A stretch of 64,000 nucleotides of DNA, taken from NCBI GenBank assembly GCA_039806025.1, contig JBDKLJ010000001.1, positions 11,378-75,377 on the forward strand, written 5' to 3'. Origin of the DNA: Actinomycetota bacterium (GTDB lineage: Bacteria; Actinomycetota; Actinomycetes; Actinomycetales; Microbacteriaceae). The translations under genes were made by a program, and so were the position numbers. Under the pieces are notes generated by a model that was given only the letters and a program-made list of their open reading frames with translations, was not told where the DNA came from and made no database searches. Shown here piece after piece: positions 9,154-18,504 of the stretch (position 1 is the first letter of the stretch; each line of letters begins with the position of its first letter).

Positions 9154-10506
9154 AACTGATGTGAGGCGTTTTAGTCTCGCACGTTTTGGAGTTCGTCCAA
9201 GTGGTTCCAAACCTTCTGCGGGTTCGTTAACCTTCACAGCGAAGAGCACCAGAATTACCCAACCGATCTCAACCAAGATTCTGCTCTCGGTGAGGTTCTG
9301 GGTGACGATTCCAACGAACACCAAAATAGGCCAGAGATAGAGCGGGCTGGTGTGACGCACGGCCAGACGCCACACTTTGACGAATGTGATTCCGATAAGC
9401 AACAGGAATAGCCCAAGGCCGAAGATTCCAAGCTGCATCCAGACGTCTAGGAATGCGTTGTGTGCCTGGTAATAAGGTACGTTGTGGATGACCACGAGAC
9501 CCTTATATGGCTCCACCCAAGGAACCCAATAAGAACTCCAACCCCAACCTTGGATAGGTCGCTGATCGATCAGGTGCAAAACGATTTTCCAAATCTTGGT
9601 GCGACCGGTCATGTCGGGAGATTTACCCACCAGAGCGAAGATCTGGGCTCGATAGGTGAGCACCAGTAGTGCACCGGTACCAATTACGCCCCAAGCGATT
9701 CGGTAATAAAGATGTCTAGTATCGCGATCCTTGCCCTCGGCGGCAATCGAAACAATAGCTGCGGCTACAACCGCGGCCAAAGCGAAACCAATGCTGGCCG
9801 ACCTAGACAGGATGAGCATTGGCACAGCGGCCAGAAAACTGAACACGCTAACCAGTCGCGAGGTCGAGTTGGCCGCCACTTCGATGGCGAAAACCACAAG
9901 TCCGATCATTGCCATGTAGGCGAGCATGTTTGAGTTTCCTACGATGCCCTGAATTCGGTCGTCGGTGAACAGGTTCGCCTGACTCCAATAGAAGGCAACA
10001 GCCGGTGGCTTAGAGCCCGAATAGTTTGGGAAGAACGGCTGGATTGGACCACGGACGACGAGCGCGGCATAGAGCTCAAAAACAAATGAACCAATCAGGA
10101 TTACCCTTAGGGTTCCAGCGAACAATCGCAGTATTTCACGCCAGTCGAAAGCCGCCACAAGAAACAGGGCGAAAGCTGTGGTTGCAAGCTGCACTAGCGC
10201 CGCACCCAGGCTAACCAGCTGGTAGTTCGACCAAATCGAGCCAACTAACATCAGTCCTAAGAGTGCAGCCAGAGGTATTGGAACACGTCGAAAAGTGCTT
10301 CGCCAATCAGACTGGAAGAGTTGAATCAAGGTTGCAATCAGAAGCAAGCCCAGCAAGATGCCCCAACCGAGCCAACCAATCGTGTAGCGGACGGCGTCTC
10401 CGCCCATCAAAACGAAAAGGGCCGAGTAAGCCGTGCCAAATTTCAGGAAGTAACCCTTGCCCGAGCGATTGGGAAAAGTTCTAATCGAAGTTGTCGTGGT
10501 CTCCAT
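9145..10506 (-). CDS. O-antigen ligase/polymerase (Wzy_C) family membrane protein
   Basis: Multiple TM segments; GIVGNSN, SRS, TGRTKIW, RPIQGWGW, AHNAFLD..QLGIFG. Confidence 0.88.
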   Translation of the reverse strand: METTTTSIRTFPNRSGKGYFLKFGTAYSALFVLMGGDAVRYTIGWLGWGILLGLLLIATLIQLFQSDWRSTFRRVPIPLAALLGLMLVGSIWSNYQLVSLGAALVQLATTAFALFLVAAFDWREILRLFAGTLRVILIGSFVFELYAALVVRGPIQPFFPNYSGSKPPAVAFYWSQANLFTDDRIQGIVGNSNMLAYMAMIGLVVFAIEVAANSTSRLVSVFSFLAAVPMLILSRSASIGFALAAVVAAAIVSIAAEGKDRDTRHLYYRIAWGVIGTGALLVLTYRAQIFALVGKSPDMTGRTKIWKIVLHLIDQRPIQGWGWSSYWVPWVEPYKGLVVIHNVPYYQAHNAFLDVWMQLGIFGLGLFLLLIGITFVKVWRLAVRHTSPLYLWPILVFVGIVTQNLTESRILVEIGWVILVLFAVKVNEPAEGLEPLGRTPKRARLKRLTSVSR

Positions 10507-11466
10507 TTAGGAGAGCGCATCCCAAGCGGACTTGATAATTTCGTGCAACCCACGTTGCGCTTTCCAGCCAAGCACTTTTTCGATGCGAGATACATCTGCG
10601 CAGAGGTAAGCGGGGTCGCCAGGTCTGCGGTCGGCGATTACCGGGGTAATCGACTTACCAGTGACTGCGGCCACTTCATTGATTACCTCGAGGACGCTCG
10701 AACCCACACCGGTTCCAACGTTGAAGACGTCAAATTCACGAGTCGCATTTTCTAGGTAGTCGAGGGCTTTTAGATGAGCCTCTGCAAGATCAAGAACGTG
10801 CACGTAGTCACGAACACAGGTGCCATCCGGGGTAGGCCAGTCGTTACCGAAAACCACTGGACTTTTACCGTCGGCTAGTTGCTTGAAAATGATTGGAACC
10901 AGGTTGGCCACCTGAGTGTCTACCAGCTCCGGCCAACCGGTACCGGCAACGTTGAAGTAGCGCAGGCTGACCTCACGTAGCCCCCAACTTTCTGACGCCT
11001 CGCGGCACAGGATTTCGCCATCAAGCTTGGTCTGGCCGTATGGGTTGATTGGCTTGCATTCGATGTCTTCTGCCGCGTGACTCACAGTTGGTACGCCATA
11101 GGTGGCTGCGGAGGAAGAGAAGACAAGCTTGTTGACACCAGTGGTGCGCATGGCCTCGAGGAGGTTTTTCATCCCTCCAACGTTTTGCTCGAAGTACCAG
11201 TCGGGCTTCTCAACCGATTCACCGACCTTTTTGCGGGCGGCCAGGTGGATCACAGCGGTCACTTCGTGTTCGCGAATGAGTTCCTGAAGTTCACGAATCG
11301 CGGTGCCCTGGGCCAGATCAATCTTGACTCGCGGAGTTTCGCCGATTCGGTCGACAATTCCTTCGCTCAGGTCGTCAACAACGACCACTTTTTCACCGCG
11401 TTGCTGCAAAAGACGAACAACGTGCGAGCCGATATAGCCGGCGCCGCCGGTCACTAGGATTGCCAT
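10507..11466 (-). CDS. galE: UDP-glucose 4-epimerase
   Basis: GGAGYIGSH, FSSSAATYG, PYGQTK, LRYFNVAG, DGTCVRDYVHV, RRPGDP. Confidence 0.95.
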   Translation of the reverse strand: MAILVTGGAGYIGSHVVRLLQQRGEKVVVVDDLSEGIVDRIGETPRVKIDLAQGTAIRELQELIREHEVTAVIHLAARKKVGESVEKPDWYFEQNVGGMKNLLEAMRTTGVNKLVFSSSAATYGVPTVSHAAEDIECKPINPYGQTKLDGEILCREASESWGLREVSLRYFNVAGTGWPELVDTQVANLVPIIFKQLADGKSPVVFGNDWPTPDGTCVRDYVHVLDLAEAHLKALDYLENATREFDVFNVGTGVGSSVLEVINEVAAVTGKSITPVIADRRPGDPAYLCADVSRIEKVLGWKAQRGLHEIIKSAWDALS

Positions 11467-11602
11467 TGCTTAAGACTAGCAAAGTGGCCGATAAAGCCTT
11501 CAACAGGCGGTTTAAACTTCGATTTCGCATTTTCAAGTTTTGGTAATAACATCAATGTAATTACAACGAGGTACTTACCTCGACCAATAAGAATGGGTAA
11601 AG

Positions 11603-11908
11603 ATGCGAGACGAAAACGGAATTCCAGCAAACTGGTTTGTTGACCCACAGTTCCTAGGTGTCGCGGGGGCATACTCCGATGGTGACGACAACCCACTAGC
11701 GTGGCAGGCAGAAGCAGTTTGTGCTGAAACCGATCCAGAATTGTTCTTCCCAGAAAAGGGTGGTTCCACCCGAGAAGCCAAGAGAATTTGCGCCGGTTGC
11801 GATGTAAAGACTCAGTGCCTCGAATACGCACTAGCCAACGATGAGCGTTTCGGTATCTGGGGCGGCCTATCTGAGCGCGAACGTCGCAAGCTCAAGAAGC
11901 GCGCCTAA
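11603..11908 (+). CDS. whiB2: WhiB family regulator, WhiB2/WhmD type
   Basis: CAETDPELFFPEKGGSTREAKRIC..C...C, ERFGIWGGLSERERRKL. Confidence 0.92.
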   Translation: MRDENGIPANWFVDPQFLGVAGAYSDGDDNPLAWQAEAVCAETDPELFFPEKGGSTREAKRICAGCDVKTQCLEYALANDERFGIWGGLSERERRKLKKRA

Positions 11909-11929
11909 ACCACAACCTCTGGGCTTCTA

Positions 11930-14563
11930 ATGCCAACCAAAGTCGTGGTCTGGCTCCCAAGCGGAGCCAAAGACACTTCCGAAGTAATGCTTACGGAAGA
12001 CGCGATTTCTCGCCAGACCTTTACGGTTGCAGGCATAGCCGACGACCTCAGCAGTGTAGAACCAGATCCACATACTTGGGTATGGGTGCTCATGCCAGGT
12101 GTCGAACCAAAGCCAAACGCCCTCTCGGAATTGTTGAGTGCGGTTTCCGACAGTGAAACAGTCGGCCAATTAGGTCCGATGCTGCTTTCAAAACAAAATC
12201 CGAAACTAATCACTCAATTGGGTTTGAGCCTGTCTCCAATGGGTGAGCCGGTCGGTTTGGTTAGTAGTCAACTAGATCAGGCACAACATGCCGATGTCGA
12301 CGACGTGATGGCCGTAGGTTTGAGCGGTTCACTAATTCGATCCGACCTTCTGGGAATTACGGGTCGACCAAAGCTCAAACTCCCCGGCATCTCCACCGAC
12401 CTCGACTTTTCAATCAGAATTCGCCGTGCCGGGTTTAGGGTTCTCACGGCTCCACAGGCAAAGGTTTTAGTTCCGGCCTCAACGCTTAGACAGGATCGTC
12501 GCGCAACCATACAGCTGCGTATCGCCCATGCTCCGCTGGTCTTGGCGTTGATCTACTGGCTGTTTTTGCCAGTGATCACAACCTTGCGCTTACTGGTTCG
12601 CCTCGCACAGAAGCGTCCTGGGTCACTCTTTCAGGAGCTGGCTGCTGGTCTTTGGGGGTTTTTCACAATTCCGGCTCGGCTGGCAGGGCGCCCACGCAAA
12701 CCCAAATTGAGTTTGCGCGCTCTCAAATCGCTTAGGGCCACTTGGTCGCAGGCGGCTAGTTACAAACGGCACGAGGCCGACTTGGAGGAATCGCACCAAC
12801 TCCTTTCGGCTTTTGCTCGCGGTGACCACGAAAACAGCGGGGAATCCGCAAAGAGTTTCTCTGATTCCGGCGGCTATTGGTTTGCTTTCACACTGCTTGT
12901 GATTAGTTGGATGTGGCTACCAAAGAGCGAAGCCATTGCAGGCGGATCGCTACTGCCTTTGAGTGGAAACTGGTTTGACCTATTTGCCAGGGCTGGTGCC
13001 AGTTGGCAGCCGATTGGTCAAGGTTTTGTCGGGCCAAGCGATCCGTTTAACTGGGTGCTCTTGCTGATCGGCTCATTCACGTTCTGGGCTCCAAACATTT
13101 CAGTAATGCTGTTGATGCTGCTGGCGCGTGCGCTTGCCTTTTTTACCTCCTGGAAGGCGCTGTCACTCCTAACACCGAAAGCCTGGCAGCGTAATCTGGG
13201 TGCTGCCATTTATGCAGTACTTCCCGCTTTCACCGCGAGCATCACCAACGGCGAACTATCAGCGGTAATCGCGACGATTCTTACCCCGTGGCTGGCTTTC
13301 AGCGTGGCCAGAGCCGCAGGGCTGGGTCGAAGTGGCAGTGCTGCATCGGACGCCCGAACCTGGTCTTGGGTGGGTCTTTCTGGAGTCTTGCTGGCTTTGG
13401 TCGCTGCGGCTTCGCCGTCAGTAGGCATTTTGGCTTTGGTGGCTCTCGCTGTTGCTGCCTTCACCAGAATCAGGCGCTTCGGTTATCTGTTCTGGATTCC
13501 TTTGCCGATGGCGGCAATTTATTTACCGCTGGTTTGGTTCCAACTAGGCCAACCTTTGGGCCTCTTAGCCAACCCAACCGTAGGTTTTGTTGAGAAGCCA
13601 AGCGCCATTGAAACCCTCGCCTCTCTCGATAATCCATTCCATTGGAGTCTGGTTCTTCTGGTGCTTTTGGCTTTGACTGGCGTGGGATCCAAGCGTTGGG
13701 GCGTGGCACTGGCGCTATCGGGGTTCGCCCTAGCGGCGTATGGCCTGCTGGCCTTCTCGCTGTCACTCTCGTTCCCTGCGGATGTTCTTTCAGCGGGCCT
13801 AGGCTTCGACCGAGTTCACAATTCCGGTCTAGATATTGCAGCTGTTTTGGGGCTGGTTGTCTTAGCTCTTGCAGTGCATGCGCTTTCACAAACAAAACCA
13901 AAGGTGCTGATTGGTTTTGGGTGGACCGCCTTGGTTGCCGTCACTCTACCGCTTGGCTATCTTGCCGCCACAACGGTTCCAAACGTCCAGTCGAGCAACG
14001 GCTCGGTAGTGCCGCTTTTGCTTCAGAAGCAGGCCGAGCAGGGGACCGACCTGCAACTTTTGAAAATTACAAAAACTGCCGACGATCTTCGTGTGCAGTG
14101 GATGCCCATTTCCGGCATTCGCTTGGAAGACGCCAATCTCGCCTACCGGTTCTCCATGAAATCGATAGCCGACAATGAGGAATATCAACAGCTTGCTCAA
14201 GCAATCGGTGACCTAAGTGCGGCCAATGGGGTAGCCGATATGAACGCCCTGATCGATAACAAGGTGGGCTACATCCTGATGGAACAGAGCAAGGACAATG
14301 CGGAACTGGCTGCAGCGTTCGAATCGTCACCCAACCTCGAGGGAGCCGGGCTGACCCCATACGGTGAACTATGGCGGGTTAGGGGCATCGGAAGCGAGGA
14401 TGCGCCGAAAACCGCCCATTCTCCATGGTCGACCACCAAGCTGGTCCAACTGGCCTCTATTCTGGCGTTCTTTCTTTTGGCAGTTCCCACTCGAGCCAGG
14501 CGCAAACGTGCCGAGACTGGAGCTATCTTTATCGACCAAAGCGAGAGTGAGCTAAATGTTTAA
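11930..14563 (+). CDS. GT2-like multi-pass membrane protein of the whiB2 locus
   Basis: N-terminal GT2-like segment (DQAQH..DVMAV, DLDFSIRIRRAG) and more than 10 TM segments; typical position between whiB2 and DUF5719. Confidence 0.75.
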   Translation: MPTKVVVWLPSGAKDTSEVMLTEDAISRQTFTVAGIADDLSSVEPDPHTWVWVLMPGVEPKPNALSELLSAVSDSETVGQLGPMLLSKQNPKLITQLGLSLSPMGEPVGLVSSQLDQAQHADVDDVMAVGLSGSLIRSDLLGITGRPKLKLPGISTDLDFSIRIRRAGFRVLTAPQAKVLVPASTLRQDRRATIQLRIAHAPLVLALIYWLFLPVITTLRLLVRLAQKRPGSLFQELAAGLWGFFTIPARLAGRPRKPKLSLRALKSLRATWSQAASYKRHEADLEESHQLLSAFARGDHENSGESAKSFSDSGGYWFAFTLLVISWMWLPKSEAIAGGSLLPLSGNWFDLFARAGASWQPIGQGFVGPSDPFNWVLLLIGSFTFWAPNISVMLLMLLARALAFFTSWKALSLLTPKAWQRNLGAAIYAVLPAFTASITNGELSAVIATILTPWLAFSVARAAGLGRSGSAASDARTWSWVGLSGVLLALVAAASPSVGILALVALAVAAFTRIRRFGYLFWIPLPMAAIYLPLVWFQLGQPLGLLANPTVGFVEKPSAIETLASLDNPFHWSLVLLVLLALTGVGSKRWGVALALSGFALAAYGLLAFSLSLSFPADVLSAGLGFDRVHNSGLDIAAVLGLVVLALAVHALSQTKPKVLIGFGWTALVAVTLPLGYLAATTVPNVQSSNGSVVPLLLQKQAEQGTDLQLLKITKTADDLRVQWMPISGIRLEDANLAYRFSMKSIADNEEYQQLAQAIGDLSAANGVADMNALIDNKVGYILMEQSKDNAELAAAFESSPNLEGAGLTPYGELWRVRGIGSEDAPKTAHSPWSTTKLVQLASILAFFLLAVPTRARRKRAETGAIFIDQSESELNV

Positions 14564-15905
14564 GCGCATCCTCGCACTAATTGCGGTCCTTTCTGCCGGC
14601 GTTTTAGCCTTCGGTCTGTTCCACTTCCCGCCGATGGAAATCGGAGCAACTGGCAAAACCAAGACCGTTGACGTTTCCGGACGCACCCCGGAATTAGTTT
14701 GTCCAGGACCGGTTTTTGTAAACGGTGGAGATGGCGGAACCAAGTTAGGCACCTTTGTCCAAAGCGGTTTCGTTCAGATCGAAGGCTTCGACTCTAAGGT
14801 CGGATTCACTAAGTCCTCGCCGGCGCAGGTAAGCGTTCAAGGTGGGGCCGACGGTTCCAAGAATTTCAATGCTCTACAGGTGCAAGCCGCTGCGGGAACA
14901 CAGGCCTTTGGTCTGACTGCTGCCAGCTGCGTGCCTGGCACCAACGACGCCTGGATCGTGGCCGGAGACAACTCGATCGGTAGAGAGGCGCTTCTAGTTC
15001 TTGTGAATACGGGAACCGTAGATGCAACCGTGACTCTGGAATTACTGGGAAGCAGTGGCCCAATTGAGGGTGCTGGTTTGAGCGGTATCTCGGCACCTGC
15101 CGGTAAAACCACGGTTTTGCCATTGGCATCGTTCGCACCCAAGTCGGAAACCTTCGCCGTGCATGTCACGAGCCGTGGCGCCAGTCTCGGCGTTTACTTG
15201 CAACAGAAAACCGTGAGAGGTGTAACCCCGGGTGGCTTGGACTTGGTTGGCGTTACCGCAACTGCCGAGAAGAAACTGGTGATCCCAGGTGTCTTTATTA
15301 GAACCAGCGGAAAGCTCTCAGCGCTGGCAGAAGCAAATGCGAACTTTGCAGACACCAAGCCAATCCTCAGGGTCACCGCACCCGGTACTAAAGATGCCAC
15401 ATTCACCGCACAGGTGGCCGGTGCCGATGGCAGCAGCTTTGGCACGGTGATACAGGGCACGGTACCTGCAGGAAGCACCAAAGACTTTGAAATCGCAGAC
15501 GTCACCGACGGCGATTACGCGGTTCAATTCGACTCCGACCAGCCGATTATGGCCAGCGTTAGGTATTCGCGAGCAGCCGGTTCGGTAGCCGATTTTGCCT
15601 GGGCTACGGGAGTGTCGGCAACCAAACTTGATGCCGGATTTACCGCACCTCGTGGCGCTGTGAGCAAGCTTGCTCTGGTCAACCCAAGTGGCGAACAGGT
15701 TACTGTAAAGCTCTCTGGCCAGCAATATGTGGTGAAGGCTAATTCAAACGTTGTGGTTGGTTTGACAGCCGGCAAGAACTATCAGATAAATTCCACGGGT
15801 TCGATCGCCGCGAGCATTGTGATTGACAAGAACTTCACCATCGCGGTCGTCCCGGTGATCGACTACCGCAGCAGCGGCGGAACGCTGAAGGTCAACATCC
15901 GCTAA
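14556..15905 (+). CDS. DUF5719-type secreted protein
   Basis: N-terminal TM, LVCPGP, AASC...W, LVLVN; recalled synteny with the GT2-like gene. Confidence 0.7.
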   Translation: MFKRILALIAVLSAGVLAFGLFHFPPMEIGATGKTKTVDVSGRTPELVCPGPVFVNGGDGGTKLGTFVQSGFVQIEGFDSKVGFTKSSPAQVSVQGGADGSKNFNALQVQAAAGTQAFGLTAASCVPGTNDAWIVAGDNSIGREALLVLVNTGTVDATVTLELLGSSGPIEGAGLSGISAPAGKTTVLPLASFAPKSETFAVHVTSRGASLGVYLQQKTVRGVTPGGLDLVGVTATAEKKLVIPGVFIRTSGKLSALAEANANFADTKPILRVTAPGTKDATFTAQVAGADGSSFGTVIQGTVPAGSTKDFEIADVTDGDYAVQFDSDQPIMASVRYSRAAGSVADFAWATGVSATKLDAGFTAPRGAVSKLALVNPSGEQVTVKLSGQQYVVKANSNVVVGLTAGKNYQINSTGSIAASIVIDKNFTIAVVPVIDYRSSGGTLKVNIR

Positions 15906-16306
15906 TGCTTGTAGCGATCCGGGATCATATCGCCAGGATCTTTTCCGAGTAATTCGGCCACCGCTTGAAATACAAATTGTTCGATGTGAAATCTCTCGTC
16001 CAGGCGGTCAGTGCGTCGGTGATGAGTCAAACGCTCGATCGGGATTCGGTAAATAGTGATTCGAAATTCTTTGGGGTTCACCGAGTAGCGCGGTACCTCG
16101 GCGACACCGTCTGGAAACATGGGGGAGTCCAGCACCCTCCAACGAAGGTTTTCGAGTTCATCCGGCCAACTCAGTTTCAAAAACGAAACCGACTGGGAAA
16201 CCACGGTTTCAAAGAAGCCGAGCGGTGCGGTGCGGTCGAGATGGCTCAGGAGTGAGCCACGAAGTTCACGGCCGTGCCGCCTGCGACTAGCTCTAAATGG
16301 AACCAT
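15902..16306 (-). CDS. Zincin-like metallopeptidase family protein
   Basis: RRHGR..RG, ITIYRIPIER, VAELLG..P; no intact HExxH; typical position. Confidence 0.75.
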   Translation of the reverse strand: MVPFRASRRRHGRELRGSLLSHLDRTAPLGFFETVVSQSVSFLKLSWPDELENLRWRVLDSPMFPDGVAEVPRYSVNPKEFRITIYRIPIERLTHHRRTDRLDERFHIEQFVFQAVAELLGKDPGDMIPDRYKH

Positions 16307-16312
16307 GGCGCG

Positions 16313-16331
16313 AGTTTACCGCGGGTAAACT
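16313..16331. promoter_or_regulatory. Back-to-back TAAACT -10 elements for two divergent leaderless genes
   Basis: AGTTTACC-GCG-GGTAAACT; each TAAACT lies 6 nt before an ATG (16306 on -, 16338 on +). Confidence 0.65.
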
Positions 16332-16337
16332 TGTCTT

Positions 16338-17804
16338 ATGCAGCAAACAGCCTTTGAATTTCGCGTAGCCAACCTTGATTTGGCAGAAGCTGGTCGCCAC
16401 CAGATTCGTCTCGCTGAGAACGAGATGCCAGGCCTAATGAGCCTTCGTACCGAATTCGCAGAAAGCCAGCCTCTGGCAGGTGCGCGAATCGCCGGTTCAC
16501 TACACATGACCGTGCAGACGGCTGTGCTGATCGAGACCCTCGTGGCTCTGGGCGCTAAGGTGCGTTGGGCCTCTTGCAACATCTTCTCCACCCAGGACGA
16601 AGCCGCTGCGGCCGTCGTGGTTGGTAAGGGCTCTGTGACTTCACCTGCTGGTGTCCCAGTATTCGCCTGGAAGGGCGAGACCCTCCCTGAGTACTGGTGG
16701 TGCACCGAGCGCATCTTCGACTGGAGCGCAGAAGCGGCTGCGGAAGGTGCCGATTACATCGGTCCGAACCTTATCCTCGACGACGGCGGAGACGCCACGC
16801 TTCTGGTTCACAAGGGGCGCGAGTACGAGTTGGCCGGTTCGGTTCCTCCAAAGGGTGCCGAAACCAGCGAAGAATTCGCCGTAATCCTAGATCTACTCTC
16901 GGAGCAGCTAAAGCTATCGCCTAATCGCTTCACTCGAATTGCCGAAGAAATCATCGGTGTGACCGAAGAAACCACCACCGGCGTTCACCGTCTTTACGAA
17001 CTAATGGCCGATGGATTGCTGCTGTTCCCTGGCATCAACGTAAACGACTCGGTGACCAAATCGAAGTTCGACAACAAGTACGGCATCCGCCACTCCCTTC
17101 CGGATGGCATCAACCGTGCCACCGACGTCCTGATCGGCGGCAAGACCGTGTTCGTCGCCGGATATGGCGATGTTGGCAAGGGCGCGGCCGAGGCCATGGC
17201 GGGTCAGGGTGCACGAGTAATCGTCAGTGAAATTGACCCAATCTGTGCACTCCAGGCAGCCATGGACGGTTACCAGGTGGCAACCATTGAGTCGGTAGTT
17301 GAAACCGTAGACATCTTCATCACCGGCACTGGAAACCAGAATGTGATTCGCACCGAGCACCTCGAGCGCATGAAACACTTGGCCATCGTTGCCAACGTGG
17401 GTCACTTCGACAATGAAATCGATATGGCCGGTCTGGCTGCGCTGTCGGGTGTTACCAAGGTTGAAATCAAGCCTCAGGTTCACGAGTGGCGCATGCCTAA
17501 CGGGCGTTCCGTTCTAGTGCTTTCAGAAGGTCGCTTGATGAACCTCGGTAATGCAACCGGTCACCCAAGCTTCGTGATGAGTAACTCCTTTGCAAACCAA
17601 GTGTTGGCTCAGATTGAGCTCTACACCAAGACATCCGAATACCCACTGGGTGTCTACACCCTGCCTAAGGCGCTTGATGAAAAGGTTGCACGTTTACATC
17701 TCGACGCTCTTGGTGTGGAATTAACTCAGTTGACCCCGGCACAGGCCCGTTACATTGGCGTTTCGGTGAATGGCCCTTACAAGGTCGACCACTACCGCTA
17801 CTAA
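16338..17804 (+). CDS. ahcY: Adenosylhomocysteinase
   Basis: [56 protein letters not shown]. Confidence 0.97.
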   Translation: MQQTAFEFRVANLDLAEAGRHQIRLAENEMPGLMSLRTEFAESQPLAGARIAGSLHMTVQTAVLIETLVALGAKVRWASCNIFSTQDEAAAAVVVGKGSVTSPAGVPVFAWKGETLPEYWWCTERIFDWSAEAAAEGADYIGPNLILDDGGDATLLVHKGREYELAGSVPPKGAETSEEFAVILDLLSEQLKLSPNRFTRIAEEIIGVTEETTTGVHRLYELMADGLLLFPGINVNDSVTKSKFDNKYGIRHSLPDGINRATDVLIGGKTVFVAGYGDVGKGAAEAMAGQGARVIVSEIDPICALQAAMDGYQVATIESVVETVDIFITGTGNQNVIRTEHLERMKHLAIVANVGHFDNEIDMAGLAALSGVTKVEIKPQVHEWRMPNGRSVLVLSEGRLMNLGNATGHPSFVMSNSFANQVLAQIELYTKTSEYPLGVYTLPKALDEKVARLHLDALGVELTQLTPAQARYIGVSVNGPYKVDHYRY

Positions 17805-17814
17805 AGGAACCGTC

Positions 17815-18495
17815 ATGGCACAGAAAATTCTCGTTGTTGAAGACGAACAGGCGATGAGTCAGCAGCTTTGCGACCATCTTGAAAATGCTGGCTACGAGGT
17901 TTATGCAATCTTCGATGGTGGCAAGGCTGTGGCAGCGTTCTCTGATTTTGCTCCTGACCTAGTTCTACTTGACTGGATGTTGCCAAACATGAACGGTCCA
18001 GAGATCTGTGCCGAGATTCGCAAGACCAGTGGCACGCCAATCATCATGCTGACTGCCAAGACCAACGAAGATGACATCGTGCGCGGTCTTGAAGCAGGTG
18101 CCGACGATTATGTTCCAAAGCCGATGCCTTCGTTTAAGGTGCTACAGGCCCGTATCGAGGCTCGCTTGCGTCCACTGCGTTCGCCAGACGTGTCCGAGCT
18201 TGTGATTGGTCCTTTGGTCATCGACGTCCTTGGGCACGAGGTTCGTAAGAACGGTGAACGAGTATCACTCACCCCACTGGAATTTAACCTGCTGCAGACT
18301 CTTGCAGAGAAGCCAAAGCAGGTTTTCTCACGCGAGGTTCTACTCGAAAAAGTTTGGGGTTACCCTTACACCGCAGACACCCGCCTGGTGAATGTGCACG
18401 TTCAGCGTTTGCGCTCGAAAATTGAAGACGATCCAGACAACCCACGCATTGTGGTCACCGAGCGCGGTGTCGGTTACAAAGCCGGAATCTTCTAA
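17815..18495 (+). CDS. mtrA: Response regulator MtrA
   Basis: Receiver domain plus OmpR wHTH with ADTRLVNVHVQRLRSK; ATG 17815 follows AAGGA. Confidence 0.92.
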   Translation: MAQKILVVEDEQAMSQQLCDHLENAGYEVYAIFDGGKAVAAFSDFAPDLVLLDWMLPNMNGPEICAEIRKTSGTPIIMLTAKTNEDDIVRGLEAGADDYVPKPMPSFKVLQARIEARLRPLRSPDVSELVIGPLVIDVLGHEVRKNGERVSLTPLEFNLLQTLAEKPKQVFSREVLLEKVWGYPYTADTRLVNVHVQRLRSKIEDDPDNPRIVVTERGVGYKAGIF

Positions 18496-18504
18496 ACCTT
18501 TCCA

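Noticed and set aside
16307-16337. SAH riboswitch upstream of ahcY
   Set aside because: The 31-bp spacer is fully explained by two -10 elements.
18100-18150. Atypical KPMPSF segment in the MtrA receiver domain
   Set aside because: The phospho-acceptor Asp, Thr and Lys are intact; a one-residue loop change is not evidence of new function.
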